From the sequence record MK773491.1: a stretch of 64,000 bases of DNA; one strand, written 5' to 3'. The position numbers and the translations under genes were made by a program. Shown here in pieces: positions 18,291-28,290 of the stretch; the stretch's first letter is position 1; each line of letters starts with the position of its first letter. The notes under the pieces were generated by a model. The model saw only the letters and a list, made by a program, of their open reading frames with translations. It was not told the DNA's origin and did not search any database.

Positions 18291-18671
18291 ATGATTCACG
18301 CAAATGATGTACATGAAGCTGCCTGTAAACTTTATGAAGAAAGTACCGATAATATTTCAGAACAAAATATGGTCAAATTGAATAAACTTTTTGAAGAGAA
18401 TTATTATCTTTTTAAAGATTATACTTGTATCTTTTTAGATCACAGTAATGTAGATCCTGAACTATATGATGGTGATTATTATCCTTGTGGTAATAACAAT
18501 GAAAGATTTTATATTGATAACAATACTGATGTTAGTCAGTACTTTAAAAGTTATGGGTATTTTGTAGAAACAATCAGTGAGTATGATTGTGGTTTCTTGA
18601 TTGCTACTCACCCAATCAGTGACGAAAATCGTGTTACACATCATACATTTACCCCACACAACAAACGTTAG
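18291..18671 (+). CDS. hypothetical protein
   Basis: track 18246..18671; ATG after GAGG. Confidence 0.65.
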   Translation: MIHANDVHEAACKLYEESTDNISEQNMVKLNKLFEENYYLFKDYTCIFLDHSNVDPELYDGDYYPCGNNNERFYIDNNTDVSQYFKSYGYFVETISEYDCGFLIATHPISDENRVTHHTFTPHNKR

Positions 18672-18680
18672 AGGTGTATA

Positions 18681-19319
18681 TTGAATACATGTAAAAAGTA
18701 CTGGTGGGTTATTGAACACCCTGCTTTCATAAACAAAGATGGTCAAATAGTTATAGTTGAAATTGAACCACATATGGTTTGTCCAATGACTAATCGTATA
18801 GAATCGTATGAACCACTCAATACCAAATTACAGTTATGGATTGAGCTTATGATCCCATACAAAGAAGAAGGTGAGACCAATTATACCCAAGCACATGATT
18901 GGGAATTAGATTGTGGTGGTTTCACATATGAAGAAGCAATTGAGAATTTATACGAAGGTGTAAAAGCAAAGTACGGAGACTATACCGAAGAAGAACGTCA
19001 AGAAAAGTACGATGCAGTATATAACCTCAAGGCAAATCGTCAAAATATGTTCAATCAGTATTTCAAAAGTAAACCTTTAGCTACTAACAGAGCAGAACTA
19101 ACTAAGTGGTCTAAAGATATCTTAGAAGATTATGAATATGAGAAATACCAACACGAAATCAAAGAGATGAAAGATACAATTGCAGCCTTGACAGAGCACC
19201 GAAAAACGTGTAATATAGAAGAATATGATGAGATTGACACTCACATAGAATCGGAACGCTTCAAGATTTTCGAAGCTGAATTGTCTTTAAGATATTATAT
19301 TGACTTGGTGAGGGTATGA
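18681..19319 (+). CDS. hypothetical protein
   Basis: 212 aa ORF, TTG start after GAGGTG. Confidence 0.65.
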   Translation: MNTCKKYWWVIEHPAFINKDGQIVIVEIEPHMVCPMTNRIESYEPLNTKLQLWIELMIPYKEEGETNYTQAHDWELDCGGFTYEEAIENLYEGVKAKYGDYTEEERQEKYDAVYNLKANRQNMFNQYFKSKPLATNRAELTKWSKDILEDYEYEKYQHEIKEMKDTIAALTEHRKTCNIEEYDEIDTHIESERFKIFEAELSLRYYIDLVRV

Positions 19320-19690
19320 CGGAGATTCAGAAATTAGTTAAAGTACTTAACAATATGCCTAAGCTGGAACAGAGCGGTGAACGTAGACGTTTTCGTGTCA
19401 TCGCTCGTGCTTTGGATAAGAAAGGCCGAGTTCTGGCAACTAAAACTAATTCCTATACTTTGTCACATCCAGTACAGAAACACTTTGCAGTACTTGCGGG
19501 ACGACCAGAGGCAATCTTTGTACATGCAGAGATTGCTACGCTGGTTGCAGCTAAAGCCAATAGAAAAGATGTACACACGTTATTAATAGCTCGTGTTGAT
19601 AATGCTGGTAATCCAATTACTGCTGCTCCGTGTGAGATTTGTTCTATTGCTATAAAGAAATTCGGAGTAAAGAAAATTATTCACACATAG
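19316..19690 (+). CDS. Zn-dependent cytidine/nucleotide deaminase-fold protein
   Basis: HAEIA and APCEIC motifs. Confidence 0.7.
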   Translation: MTEIQKLVKVLNNMPKLEQSGERRRFRVIARALDKKGRVLATKTNSYTLSHPVQKHFAVLAGRPEAIFVHAEIATLVAAKANRKDVHTLLIARVDNAGNPITAAPCEICSIAIKKFGVKKIIHT

Positions 19691-19699
19691 GAGTTATCT

Positions 19700-20140
19700 A
19701 TGAGATTAGATATTAATGATGTAGTAGGTTCTGAAAAGTATGTTGGTCAAAAGTTATGGGTTTGCGATTACCGTAAAGATATAGATAAAAAAGCAACCAG
19801 ACATGTAAAGCCAACACAGGTATACATTGCCGGAAGTAGGGATTTTTGTGATGCAGGTTTAGAACCCCGAATCTATTATAGTTATGTTGGATTTGCTAAA
19901 CTAAAGAAAAATGGCGAACCAAATCTAAAACAACTAATCCCACCATTCGATACATCTGGATATCGTTCATATGCTGGTATTGGGGTGGAAGTGTACGATA
20001 ATGAAGAAGAATGTATTGAGGCTTATAACAAAGCAGTTGATGAAGTTGTAGAGAAGTATGAGACAGAATTACGATATGTAATGCAACGTCTTGCGGCTGA
20101 AATGAACGAAATAAGAAACCTTAAAATCACTAAGGAATGA
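19700..20140 (+). CDS. hypothetical protein (paralog of the next gene)
   Basis: VKPTQV and V.VYDNEEEC..AYN motifs shared with 20142..20504. Confidence 0.7.
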   Translation: MRLDINDVVGSEKYVGQKLWVCDYRKDIDKKATRHVKPTQVYIAGSRDFCDAGLEPRIYYSYVGFAKLKKNGEPNLKQLIPPFDTSGYRSYAGIGVEVYDNEEECIEAYNKAVDEVVEKYETELRYVMQRLAAEMNEIRNLKITKE

Positions 20141-20141
20141 T

Positions 20142-20504
20142 ATGATTTATACAAGCCTTTCTCAATTTGTACAGATGGACATTGGTGCTGGAAAAGTATT
20201 CTACGTCAGCGGTTATGCTAATCCCAAATTACGTACAAAACCACTAGCAAATGTAAAACCAGTACGTGTTACATTACACAACAATGACCCAGCCAATCCT
20301 TATCGTACTGGTATGTACTATCATGATAAACAATTAAAATTTTTATTAGCTAAAACCGATGATGGCAAAGTAGTCAGTGCTGTTAGTGATGTTTTAGTCT
20401 TCGATACAGAAGAAGAAGCTAAAAGCTGGTACAATCAAGAAGTACAAAAAGTTGCTGACCAATATAAAGAAAAATATGAAAAAGTATTAGGGAACTTACT
20501 ATGA
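20142..20504 (+). CDS. hypothetical protein (paralog of the previous gene)
   Basis: VKPVRV and LVFDTEEEA..WYN. Confidence 0.7.
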   Translation: MIYTSLSQFVQMDIGAGKVFYVSGYANPKLRTKPLANVKPVRVTLHNNDPANPYRTGMYYHDKQLKFLLAKTDDGKVVSAVSDVLVFDTEEEAKSWYNQEVQKVADQYKEKYEKVLGNLL

Positions 20505-21058
20505 AATCTACTACAATTGTAAATTTAGTCGGCGGCCCATGTTGCGGCAAAAGTACTACAGCCGCTGGTCTATTTGCTGCTATGAAGCTAAAAACCAAAC
20601 AAAAAGTTGAAATCGTCACTGAAGTAATCAAAGACTTTGTGTACGACGACAACAAAGGTGCAATGGCTGATCAGATTCTAATAACTGCACAGCAGAACCA
20701 TCGTCTACGTCGCCTACAAGGGAAGGTTGATTTTGTTATCAGTGATGCATCTCTTCTTAATGCTGTCATTTATAATGAATTCTACAAAGATCCACACAAC
20801 CTCAGTACGCAATTATCTAAAGATTTATATGATGAATATGATGATAACGTTGTGTTCTTGCTACCTCGCAAACCAGAATATGACCAATATGGTCGTACTC
20901 AGAGTCTAGAAGAGGCCAAAGAGTTAGATCGCATTTTCGTTAATAAACTTAACGAATTAGAAATTGATTACTTTGATATGCGTGATTATACACACGAAAT
21001 GATGCCAGAAAAGATTCTACACATTCTAGGCAGCGTCTACAAATTTGATATAAAATAA
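20501..21058 (+). CDS. NadR/AAA_28-like P-loop kinase-ATPase
   Basis: NLVGGPCCGKSTT Walker A, VISDASLL, YDQYGRTQ. Confidence 0.65.
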   Translation: MKSTTIVNLVGGPCCGKSTTAAGLFAAMKLKTKQKVEIVTEVIKDFVYDDNKGAMADQILITAQQNHRLRRLQGKVDFVISDASLLNAVIYNEFYKDPHNLSTQLSKDLYDEYDDNVVFLLPRKPEYDQYGRTQSLEEAKELDRIFVNKLNELEIDYFDMRDYTHEMMPEKILHILGSVYKFDIK

Positions 21059-21065
21059 TGAGGTC

Positions 21066-21254
21066 ATGATGAAGACTATCTTCCAAAAAGAGTATGATGG
21101 TGAAAGCATCCATGATGTTCAACGGGACGTAATGGAAGCATTTAATGCTAAATTTAATCCAGTGGTTTCTGATATACCCCAAGATGAGAATGGATTTCAA
21201 GAGGGACAATTTATTGTGACCGTCAAGTGGAGTCCATATGCCGAGGAAGAATAA
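21066..21254 (+). CDS. small hypothetical protein
   Basis: 62 aa ORF, GAGG upstream. Confidence 0.6.
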   Translation: MMKTIFQKEYDGESIHDVQRDVMEAFNAKFNPVVSDIPQDENGFQEGQFIVTVKWSPYAEEE

Positions 21255-21274
21255 TAAATCTATTAACAAAAAAA

Positions 21275-21658
21275 ATGAAATTGCTCGCTAAAAAAGTGGC
21301 TTCAGTACTGAATATTGAACTCAATACTGAACCGACAAAGGAAATGGGTTTCCTTAATTATGAGATTATGAGCAATAGTACTCTTAATATTGGCACTGTC
21401 CATAATAGTAAATCCAAATCATTATATATCAATGTAGGTTCATATGATTTACTATCATATAAAAAGAATGTGTTTGATGAATCAGACAAATCTTTTATCC
21501 CATCAGAAGAAGAGTACTTTATGCAAAGTACTTTGAGAGATCTTGTAATTTCTCGTGAAAAATTACAAGAACTTGAAAAATTGATGAATGAATATAAAGA
21601 TAGCGTTTGTGTTGGAATTGGACTACACGAAGAAGGATGTTATGCTACTACAGATTGA
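21275..21658 (+). CDS. hypothetical protein, EEExFQES paralog family
   Basis: SEEEYFMQSTLRDL motif. Confidence 0.65.
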   Translation: MKLLAKKVASVLNIELNTEPTKEMGFLNYEIMSNSTLNIGTVHNSKSKSLYINVGSYDLLSYKKNVFDESDKSFIPSEEEYFMQSTLRDLVISREKLQELEKLMNEYKDSVCVGIGLHEEGCYATTD

Positions 21659-22085
21659 AGATCACATAGAAGTACCTCGTTATTACATGTCACGATGTGA
21701 AAATGATGAACTGCTAGGATTTCTTCCAGTATTAGATCCAGACCAGCATTCATACTACACAGTAGAGAATATTTCACCATCAAGAGAATTTGATCGTGTT
21801 TCTCCCGTCTTTGGTTCATACAGTGATGTAATTACCGATTCTGAATATTGGTATCAGAAACCCATTCATAAAAATGCTCGTGAAGAAGATAAACTACAGC
21901 ACGAGTACTACAGAGATGAGTTCTTAGAGCGTTTAGAAACTCACAAATACTGCGTATGGTTCGTAGGTTGTGATGATGGTGATAACTTCATACGGTTTGA
22001 AAGCAAAGATAAAGCACTAGAATATCTTTCTAGTATTGAATATTTTGAAGAAATATATAATAATCCACACTGCCAGTTGTGGTAA
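21642..22085 (+). CDS. hypothetical protein
   Basis: track 21588..22085; ATG after AAGGA. Confidence 0.65.
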   Translation: MLLQIEDHIEVPRYYMSRCENDELLGFLPVLDPDQHSYYTVENISPSREFDRVSPVFGSYSDVITDSEYWYQKPIHKNAREEDKLQHEYYRDEFLERLETHKYCVWFVGCDDGDNFIRFESKDKALEYLSSIEYFEEIYNNPHCQLW

Positions 22086-22088
22086 TAA

Positions 22089-22113
22089 AAAAGCACCCAT
22101 CGGGTGCTTTTTT
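22089..22113 (+). terminator. intrinsic terminator (left copy of a 25-bp repeat)
   Basis: AAAAGCACCC-ATC-GGGTGCTTTTTT. Confidence 0.85.
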
Positions 22114-22161
22114 CGTTTGTTTCTTTATTAGCCAATGTACACTTTCCTTGATCTAGATCAA

Positions 22162-22190
22162 GGGACAAACCGGGGTATTGGTGATATAAT
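22162..22190 (+). promoter_or_regulatory. GGGACAAA-class promoter (copy 3)
   Basis: GGGACA-17 nt-TATAAT, upstream of nrdD. Confidence 0.65.
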
Positions 22191-22237
22191 AATTGTGTAC
22201 TATCTAAATAAATCACCACAATGACACGGAGAGTCGA

Positions 22238-24043
22238 ATGAAAAAAGATAATTTATATAATGACGTTTCTGATTTTTTAAATCAAAGCAACCAAGATTTA
22301 TTAAATGAAAACGCCAATAAAGATGCAAAGATAGTCAATACACATCGTGATTTACTAGCAGGAATACTTTCTAAACATTATGCAGAAGATGTTATTTCTG
22401 AAGATTTAATGAAATGGCATACCGATGGATATGGTCACATTCATGATCTTGATTATTATATTAGTCCATTAACTAATTGTTGTTTAGTAAACTACGAAGA
22501 TATGTTAGAGAATGGATTTAAAATTGGAAATGCACAAGTTGGTACTCCTAATAGCATAGGTGTTGCAAGTACAATACTAACACAAATTGTTTTAGCAGTA
22601 TCTGCTAGTCAATATGGTGGACAATCATTACCACATATTGACAAAGGCTTGGAACCATATGTTGAAAAATCATATAAAAAACTTTTAAAACTTCAACAAC
22701 AGTTCAATCTTAGTGATGATTTTGTAGAATATTCATTGAAAAAAGAAGTTTATGATGCAATGCAAGCATTATTATATCAAGTCAATACAATAACATCTAG
22801 TAACGGACAAACACCTTTCGTTACTATAAGCCTAGGATTAAGCACTTCTAAATTTGGTAGAATGATAACAGATGCATATTTGGATGTGCATGAAAAGGGA
22901 TTAGGAGTTGACGGGGCAACACCAGTTTTTCCAAAAGTTGTTTTCTTTTTACAAGAAGGTATCAATATGAATAATAATGATATCAACTATGACTTGAAAC
23001 AAAAAGCATTAGCATGTGCTTCTAAACGTATATACCCTGATTTTGTTTCAGTACCATTAAATTTAAAAGTTACAAAAAGTACAAGTGAAGCTGTCACACC
23101 AATGGGTTGTCGTTCATTCCTTTCTCATTGGACTGATAATAACGGACATGAAAAATATAATGGTCGATTTAATTTGGGTGTGGTTAGCATTAATCTTCCA
23201 CTATTGGCCTTAGAATCATCGTCTGATGGGGATTTTTTCACTAAAGTGGATTATCACATGCAAATGGCATATCGTGCACATATGAATCGGGTTGAACGTA
23301 TCAAAAACATGAAAGCCAAGCAGAACCCAATTTTATTCACCGAAGGAGTACTAGCAAGATTAAATCCAGAAGACACCATTGAATCATTGTTCTATGATGG
23401 TTATGCAAGTATTAGTATTGGTTATGTTGGTTTAGCAGAATGCTCGGAAATTTTAAAAGGAAATATTGATAAAACTTTTTGTAAATCAATCTTATCATAT
23501 ATGAAATCAAAATGTGAAGATTTCAAAGCTAAAAGTAAATTATCATTTAGTTTGTATGGAACACCAGCAGAAAGTCTATGTTATAAATTCGCTAGAACAA
23601 TTGAGAAAAAATACCCAGCAGTACTTAAACGAGATTTCATAACAAACTCATTCCACCAACCAGTATGGATTGATAGTTCTCCATTTGAAAAATGGAATTA
23701 TGAAGAAGGTTTTGCATTCTTGAGTAATGGTGGAAACATTAGCTACGTAGAAGCTCCAAATCTATCCAACAATTTAAAAGCATTAGAAACACTAGTTGAT
23801 TATGCATATGAACGAGTTCCTTATTTTGGTATAAACCAACCGGTAGATCGGTGTTATGAATGCGGTTTTGAAGGTGAATTTGTAGTTGATAAAAACGGGT
23901 TCCACTGTCCGAATTGTAATAATAGAAATGACAAAACAATGTCTGTCATTAGGAGGGTTTCTGGATACCTAGGAAATCCATCTTCTAGAGGATTTAACAA
24001 AGGCAAGCAACAAGAAGTAATTCAAAGAACTAAACATATATAA
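22238..24043 (+). CDS. nrdD: anaerobic (class III) ribonucleotide reductase, no ATP cone
   Basis: HIHDLD, TNCC, GQTPFVT, MGCRSFL, YGTPAESL, CxxC..CxxC Zn site, RRVSGYL glycyl-radical loop. Confidence 0.95.
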   Translation: MKKDNLYNDVSDFLNQSNQDLLNENANKDAKIVNTHRDLLAGILSKHYAEDVISEDLMKWHTDGYGHIHDLDYYISPLTNCCLVNYEDMLENGFKIGNAQVGTPNSIGVASTILTQIVLAVSASQYGGQSLPHIDKGLEPYVEKSYKKLLKLQQQFNLSDDFVEYSLKKEVYDAMQALLYQVNTITSSNGQTPFVTISLGLSTSKFGRMITDAYLDVHEKGLGVDGATPVFPKVVFFLQEGINMNNNDINYDLKQKALACASKRIYPDFVSVPLNLKVTKSTSEAVTPMGCRSFLSHWTDNNGHEKYNGRFNLGVVSINLPLLALESSSDGDFFTKVDYHMQMAYRAHMNRVERIKNMKAKQNPILFTEGVLARLNPEDTIESLFYDGYASISIGYVGLAECSEILKGNIDKTFCKSILSYMKSKCEDFKAKSKLSFSLYGTPAESLCYKFARTIEKKYPAVLKRDFITNSFHQPVWIDSSPFEKWNYEEGFAFLSNGGNISYVEAPNLSNNLKALETLVDYAYERVPYFGINQPVDRCYECGFEGEFVVDKNGFHCPNCNNRNDKTMSVIRRVSGYLGNPSSRGFNKGKQQEVIQRTKHI

Positions 24044-24055
24044 GAGGTAATTATT

Positions 24056-24418
24056 ATGACTATTAAAGCAAAACAAATTTTATCTGGTGAACATACTGGA
24101 ACTATTCTAATTCATGATGGAGAAGTTGCACGTATTATTGTTTCAAAAACATTTTCAGAAAATGATGAAGTACTTTTGAATATTTTTGACAATGAAGAAA
24201 TGCGTGATGTAATGATTGAAGAAACACCAAATGTCGAAGGCGGTCAACATTTAAATGTTAATGTGTTATCACGTGAACAATTAGAAGATGCTCAAAAACA
24301 TCCTGAAAAATATCCACAACTAACTATTCGTGTTTCTGGATATGCAGTTCGTTTTAATTCCCTAACAAAAGAACAACAAGACGATGTTATTAGTCGTACA
24401 TTTACGAAATCACTATGA
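24056..24418 (+). CDS. grcA: autonomous glycyl radical cofactor GrcA/YfiD
   Basis: [53 protein letters not shown], near-identical to the known GrcA C-terminus. Confidence 0.95.
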   Translation: MTIKAKQILSGEHTGTILIHDGEVARIIVSKTFSENDEVLLNIFDNEEMRDVMIEETPNVEGGQHLNVNVLSREQLEDAQKHPEKYPQLTIRVSGYAVRFNSLTKEQQDDVISRTFTKSL

Positions 24419-24885
24419 ATTATCAAACAATAATTAAAGATGACTTAATAAATGGGGAGGGAGTTAGATGCTCCCTTTTTGTTTCAGGATGTAGTCATGG
24501 GTGTGTAGGTTGTTTCAATGAAAAAGCATGGGATTATCGTTCAGGTCAAAAATTTAGTACTGAAACAATAGAAATCATACGAAGCGAATTATCAAAACCA
24601 CATGTATCTGGTTTATCGTTACTTGGTGGTGATCCACTTATGCCAAAAAATATAAGTACTGTTATAGATTTATGCAAACTCATTAAAGATGAATTTCCAG
24701 AAAAGAATATATGGTGTTGGAGTGGTTATACATTAGATGAAATACAAAATAATCATGCAAAACCTATTTTAAAATACATTGATGTTTTAGTTGATGGGAA
24801 ATATATTGATAGTGAGAAAAATCTAAAACTTCCATATCGTGGTTCTAATAACCAACGCATTTTGAAGAAAGATATAGATTATTAA
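24415..24885 (+). CDS. nrdG: class III RNR activating enzyme (radical SAM)
   Basis: [43 protein letters not shown]. Confidence 0.95.
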   Translation: MNYQTIIKDDLINGEGVRCSLFVSGCSHGCVGCFNEKAWDYRSGQKFSTETIEIIRSELSKPHVSGLSLLGGDPLMPKNISTVIDLCKLIKDEFPEKNIWCWSGYTLDEIQNNHAKPILKYIDVLVDGKYIDSEKNLKLPYRGSNNQRILKKDIDY

Positions 24886-24915
24886 ATACATAGAACTATT
24901 GTTATAAAATAAACT

Positions 24916-24940
24916 AAAAGCACCCATTGGGTGCTTTTTT
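24916..24940 (+). terminator. intrinsic terminator (right copy of the 25-bp repeat)
   Basis: AAAAGCACCC-ATT-GGGTGCTTTTTT. Confidence 0.85.
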
Positions 24941-24947
24941 TATTTCC

Positions 24948-24956
24948 ATATAAATA
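24948..24956 (+). promoter_or_regulatory. T4-type late promoter
   Basis: TATAAATA about 35 nt before the first fibre-like gene. Confidence 0.65.
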
Positions 24957-24988
24957 CAGTATGGATACCTTTAATATAGGGATATAAT

Positions 24989-27682
24989 ATGACAAAGAAA
25001 ATACATGGTGGCCTAGATGTTACACATAATGTAACAGCACAAGGTAAACGCACAGTACAAGGAATCAATAATCAAACATTCGACGATAGCGGAAATATGA
25101 ATATTGATACTTATACAAAACAAGAATTATTAGATATAGTGAGTTTAATACCTTTATCTCACTACGGTACACATAACTACTTACCAGCAGGTGTAAGTGG
25201 TTCTTTTGATGGTGCCGCTGAAAACCAAAACTATCGGTTCAATAAAGTATTTTTAGAAAATGATGGTACTTTAGTAATATTACGTGCAGGTACTAATGGT
25301 AGTAATGAAGGTGTATACTATGCTTACTTGCAAAATGCTTTAAATGTAGTTGATATGAATTTATCAGTTAATACAAATAAAGAATACCGTCCGGGATATT
25401 TCGGTTCTGATAAGTATGCAAAAGGTGTTATTAGTACTGATGATAAAATTGTTGTTGGTATATATGGAAGCCGTACTACAACCGAAACTGGCGTGTTTGT
25501 TTCAATTATGAAAGGAACACTTGATGATACGCAGCATTCTGGATTTTTTATTCCTTATTCAACTGTAGCACCTGACGGTGGTTTACAATTTGCAATGCAA
25601 GCGAACGATGGTTCTATATATTTCTTTGGATTGAATAGAAATTCCAATCGTTTAGAATCGTCAGTTGTTAGAGTAGTATTTAATGAATCGGCTGGAACAT
25701 ACACATCCACACGCATTACTGGTTGGAATAATAAAGTATTTTATAATAGTACTGAAAATGGTACTACCAATTTGGTGTTTTTGCAAAATGTTCTTTCAAA
25801 AGATATTTCACAAAAACCATACATGTATATACCACCATCATCAATAGGTGCTGATCCTTTCACGGTTGCAGTGGATATATTTGCAGCACAAGAACCAAAT
25901 TCACAAAATATAAGGATTAAAATTAATGGTGATGCATGGTGTACCAGTACAACGTACAATACAAGACCACAACACGGTTTCAGTTATGTAATCAATGTAT
26001 CAACAAAACAAAATACGTTAGATGCAGGAAATGATATAACTAATACCCCAGCACCATTGACTATTACTGATACTGGTTCTTCTTATACAGTTTCTGGGAA
26101 TGTGTTGAACCAAGATCCATTATATGACCACAGTGGTGCAAGAAATATTGGAACTGTATATAATTATCTTCCTACTGGTGTTGTTTTTGCATGTAGTTCT
26201 CCTAATTTATCTGAACCATTAATTATGCAATCATCAAAATTTCCCGAAGGAAATGTTTTTGATTTATTAAATGTTAGAAAATATATTTCTAGTGCTTATA
26301 AATCTGGTAGATTAAAACCAACATTTGGTTCAGCAATCGGCTCTTACATACGTGGTATAGAATTGTTACCAAATAATAGTACTAAAACTTATTCCATCAC
26401 AACAGGTGGTTCTATTAGACCAGCATACTCAGTACACAAGCCAACACCAACCTTTACATTTAAATCAATAGATTTAGGAACAATTAAAGGTTATGAACCA
26501 ACTACAGATAGAAATTTTATTGCTGACAATATTGATAATCAAGGTATTATAAGTACAGTATCGGGAAATAATGTTGTTTCTAATGGTGGTATTTTTGCAT
26601 GTGATCAAAGATATACCCAATCATTTTCATATGATTATAAAATGAATGGTGTCGGGACGATATCAGTAGATAAAACAGTACTTGATAATTTTAGAAATTC
26701 TGAATATTCTAAAGTGGCTTCTTCTTGGAATTTATCTTCATCAGCAACAAAAGCATGTATACTTTATGTACCACAACAAGCAGATATACCCGCTTTTGTA
26801 TTATTAAGTACTGTTACTACCGGATTAGCCAATTACACAAGAGTTGTTGAAGTTGATGTTAATACACGAGTTGGAAATATCACATCCATAACTGCACGTA
26901 GAGTAATATTAGAAAGTGCTCAGAATGGTGATTTCGCATTGAATAGTGGGGCTTATTTTGCACAAGCAACGGTTGGAATGACAATATATGACGGAGGTTC
27001 GTTCTATTTTGTTGGTTTTTCAAATATACTTTTTCATAATACTATTGGGAATACAAATACTCCAATGTTCCGTGGAATTGTTGATAAATCTAGTAGGCAA
27101 TTTAGTAATATTGTTATTAATGGATATCATCCATCATATGCAATTGGTAACCAACCAGCCGCATTACCGGGTATAGGATTTGGGGATTTCACGTCTCTTG
27201 ATCAATCTAATAAAGTTGTATTCCGTCCAGTTGGGACAACTATTGCTGAATATAATGCATGGACATATAAAGGAGATCCAATATCAGTAATATCACAAGA
27301 TGTAGCACAAGGATTTATTGTTTATTTTACGGAAGAAACACCAGTACTATTAAGTGGTAAATCATTTACGTTACCAATTACTAATATTGATTTAAGAACT
27401 GTTAAATCAAACCCAGCCAATAGTACTTTTTTCATTTATGTTAAAATGAATCAAGGTAATGCAGAATATCATATTACATCTGAAGTTATTTCTGAAACAG
27501 GAACGACAGCTTATAATATATTCTGGATTGGTACGATAAAAACAAACTCTATACAAATTGCATCAATCGATGTGTTTAAGAGATCTAGATTGGATGTATT
27601 TGGTGCTTCATTGGAAGCGGCTGGTTCATCATTCCCGGTTAGTTATGGTCTTCCATCAAATAATGGCACAATAAACTGGTAA
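24989..27682 (+). CDS. large virion structural / tail-fibre-like protein (paralog A, 897 aa)
   Basis: S/T/G/N-rich beta-type sequence, late promoter; shares N- and C-terminal domains with the next two genes. Confidence 0.65.
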   Translation: MTKKIHGGLDVTHNVTAQGKRTVQGINNQTFDDSGNMNIDTYTKQELLDIVSLIPLSHYGTHNYLPAGVSGSFDGAAENQNYRFNKVFLENDGTLVILRAGTNGSNEGVYYAYLQNALNVVDMNLSVNTNKEYRPGYFGSDKYAKGVISTDDKIVVGIYGSRTTTETGVFVSIMKGTLDDTQHSGFFIPYSTVAPDGGLQFAMQANDGSIYFFGLNRNSNRLESSVVRVVFNESAGTYTSTRITGWNNKVFYNSTENGTTNLVFLQNVLSKDISQKPYMYIPPSSIGADPFTVAVDIFAAQEPNSQNIRIKINGDAWCTSTTYNTRPQHGFSYVINVSTKQNTLDAGNDITNTPAPLTITDTGSSYTVSGNVLNQDPLYDHSGARNIGTVYNYLPTGVVFACSSPNLSEPLIMQSSKFPEGNVFDLLNVRKYISSAYKSGRLKPTFGSAIGSYIRGIELLPNNSTKTYSITTGGSIRPAYSVHKPTPTFTFKSIDLGTIKGYEPTTDRNFIADNIDNQGIISTVSGNNVVSNGGIFACDQRYTQSFSYDYKMNGVGTISVDKTVLDNFRNSEYSKVASSWNLSSSATKACILYVPQQADIPAFVLLSTVTTGLANYTRVVEVDVNTRVGNITSITARRVILESAQNGDFALNSGAYFAQATVGMTIYDGGSFYFVGFSNILFHNTIGNTNTPMFRGIVDKSSRQFSNIVINGYHPSYAIGNQPAALPGIGFGDFTSLDQSNKVVFRPVGTTIAEYNAWTYKGDPISVISQDVAQGFIVYFTEETPVLLSGKSFTLPITNIDLRTVKSNPANSTFFIYVKMNQGNAEYHITSEVISETGTTAYNIFWIGTIKTNSIQIASIDVFKRSRLDVFGASLEAAGSSFPVSYGLPSNNGTINW

Positions 27683-27692
27683 GGAGAAAGTT

Positions 27693-28280
27693 ATGTCCAT
27701 GAAATATATCACTGATGTTAATGCAGCATCACAAATTAAGGTACAAAATAAAAATACTGGTTTATCTATTACTGCTGGTACTGGTCAGGTTTTTAATACT
27801 AATTCATCCGGGGAAATTACATTCCCCGTTTTAACCACCGATGATGTTAACTATATAACTTCAGAATTACCACTTTCACAATATGGCGAATTATATGATG
27901 ATAATTCATTGAATATAACTGCTACTGGATTTAATTTGAATTTCAATAGAGAAATACCACTCTTCATGAGTGGGAAGTATTTTAAAGTTCCTTTGCAGTC
28001 TATACCACTAGCACCACCATCTGGTGGTTCATATACATATTATATATATGTAAGACTAGTTTTAGGTGAACCAATCTATACAGCCTTACGTTCTGAGGGT
28101 CAAGAAACAGAAACTTCAATGTTTATTGGAACTGCAATCGTGAGCACCACTGGCATTACAAATATTAATGTAAATAGAGTATCAAGATTTAATATCTACA
28201 GACCTAATGTTACACAAAAAGGGGCATCATTCCCCGTCAGTACAGGGCATCCTGCTCAGTCTGGTACAATCAATTGGTAA
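27693..28280 (+). CDS. short paralog of the fibre-like proteins (paralog B, 195 aa)
   Basis: LPLSQYG and SFPVSTG.P...GTINW shared with A. Confidence 0.65.
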   Translation: MSMKYITDVNAASQIKVQNKNTGLSITAGTGQVFNTNSSGEITFPVLTTDDVNYITSELPLSQYGELYDDNSLNITATGFNLNFNREIPLFMSGKYFKVPLQSIPLAPPSGGSYTYYIYVRLVLGEPIYTALRSEGQETETSMFIGTAIVSTTGITNINVNRVSRFNIYRPNVTQKGASFPVSTGHPAQSGTINW

Positions 28281-28290
28281 GGAATTTTTT

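Noticed and set aside
22238-24043. Intron or intein in nrdD (common in T4-like phages)
   Set aside because: The ORF is continuous at 601 aa, about the size expected for an ATP-cone-less NrdD, with no intein or endonuclease motifs.
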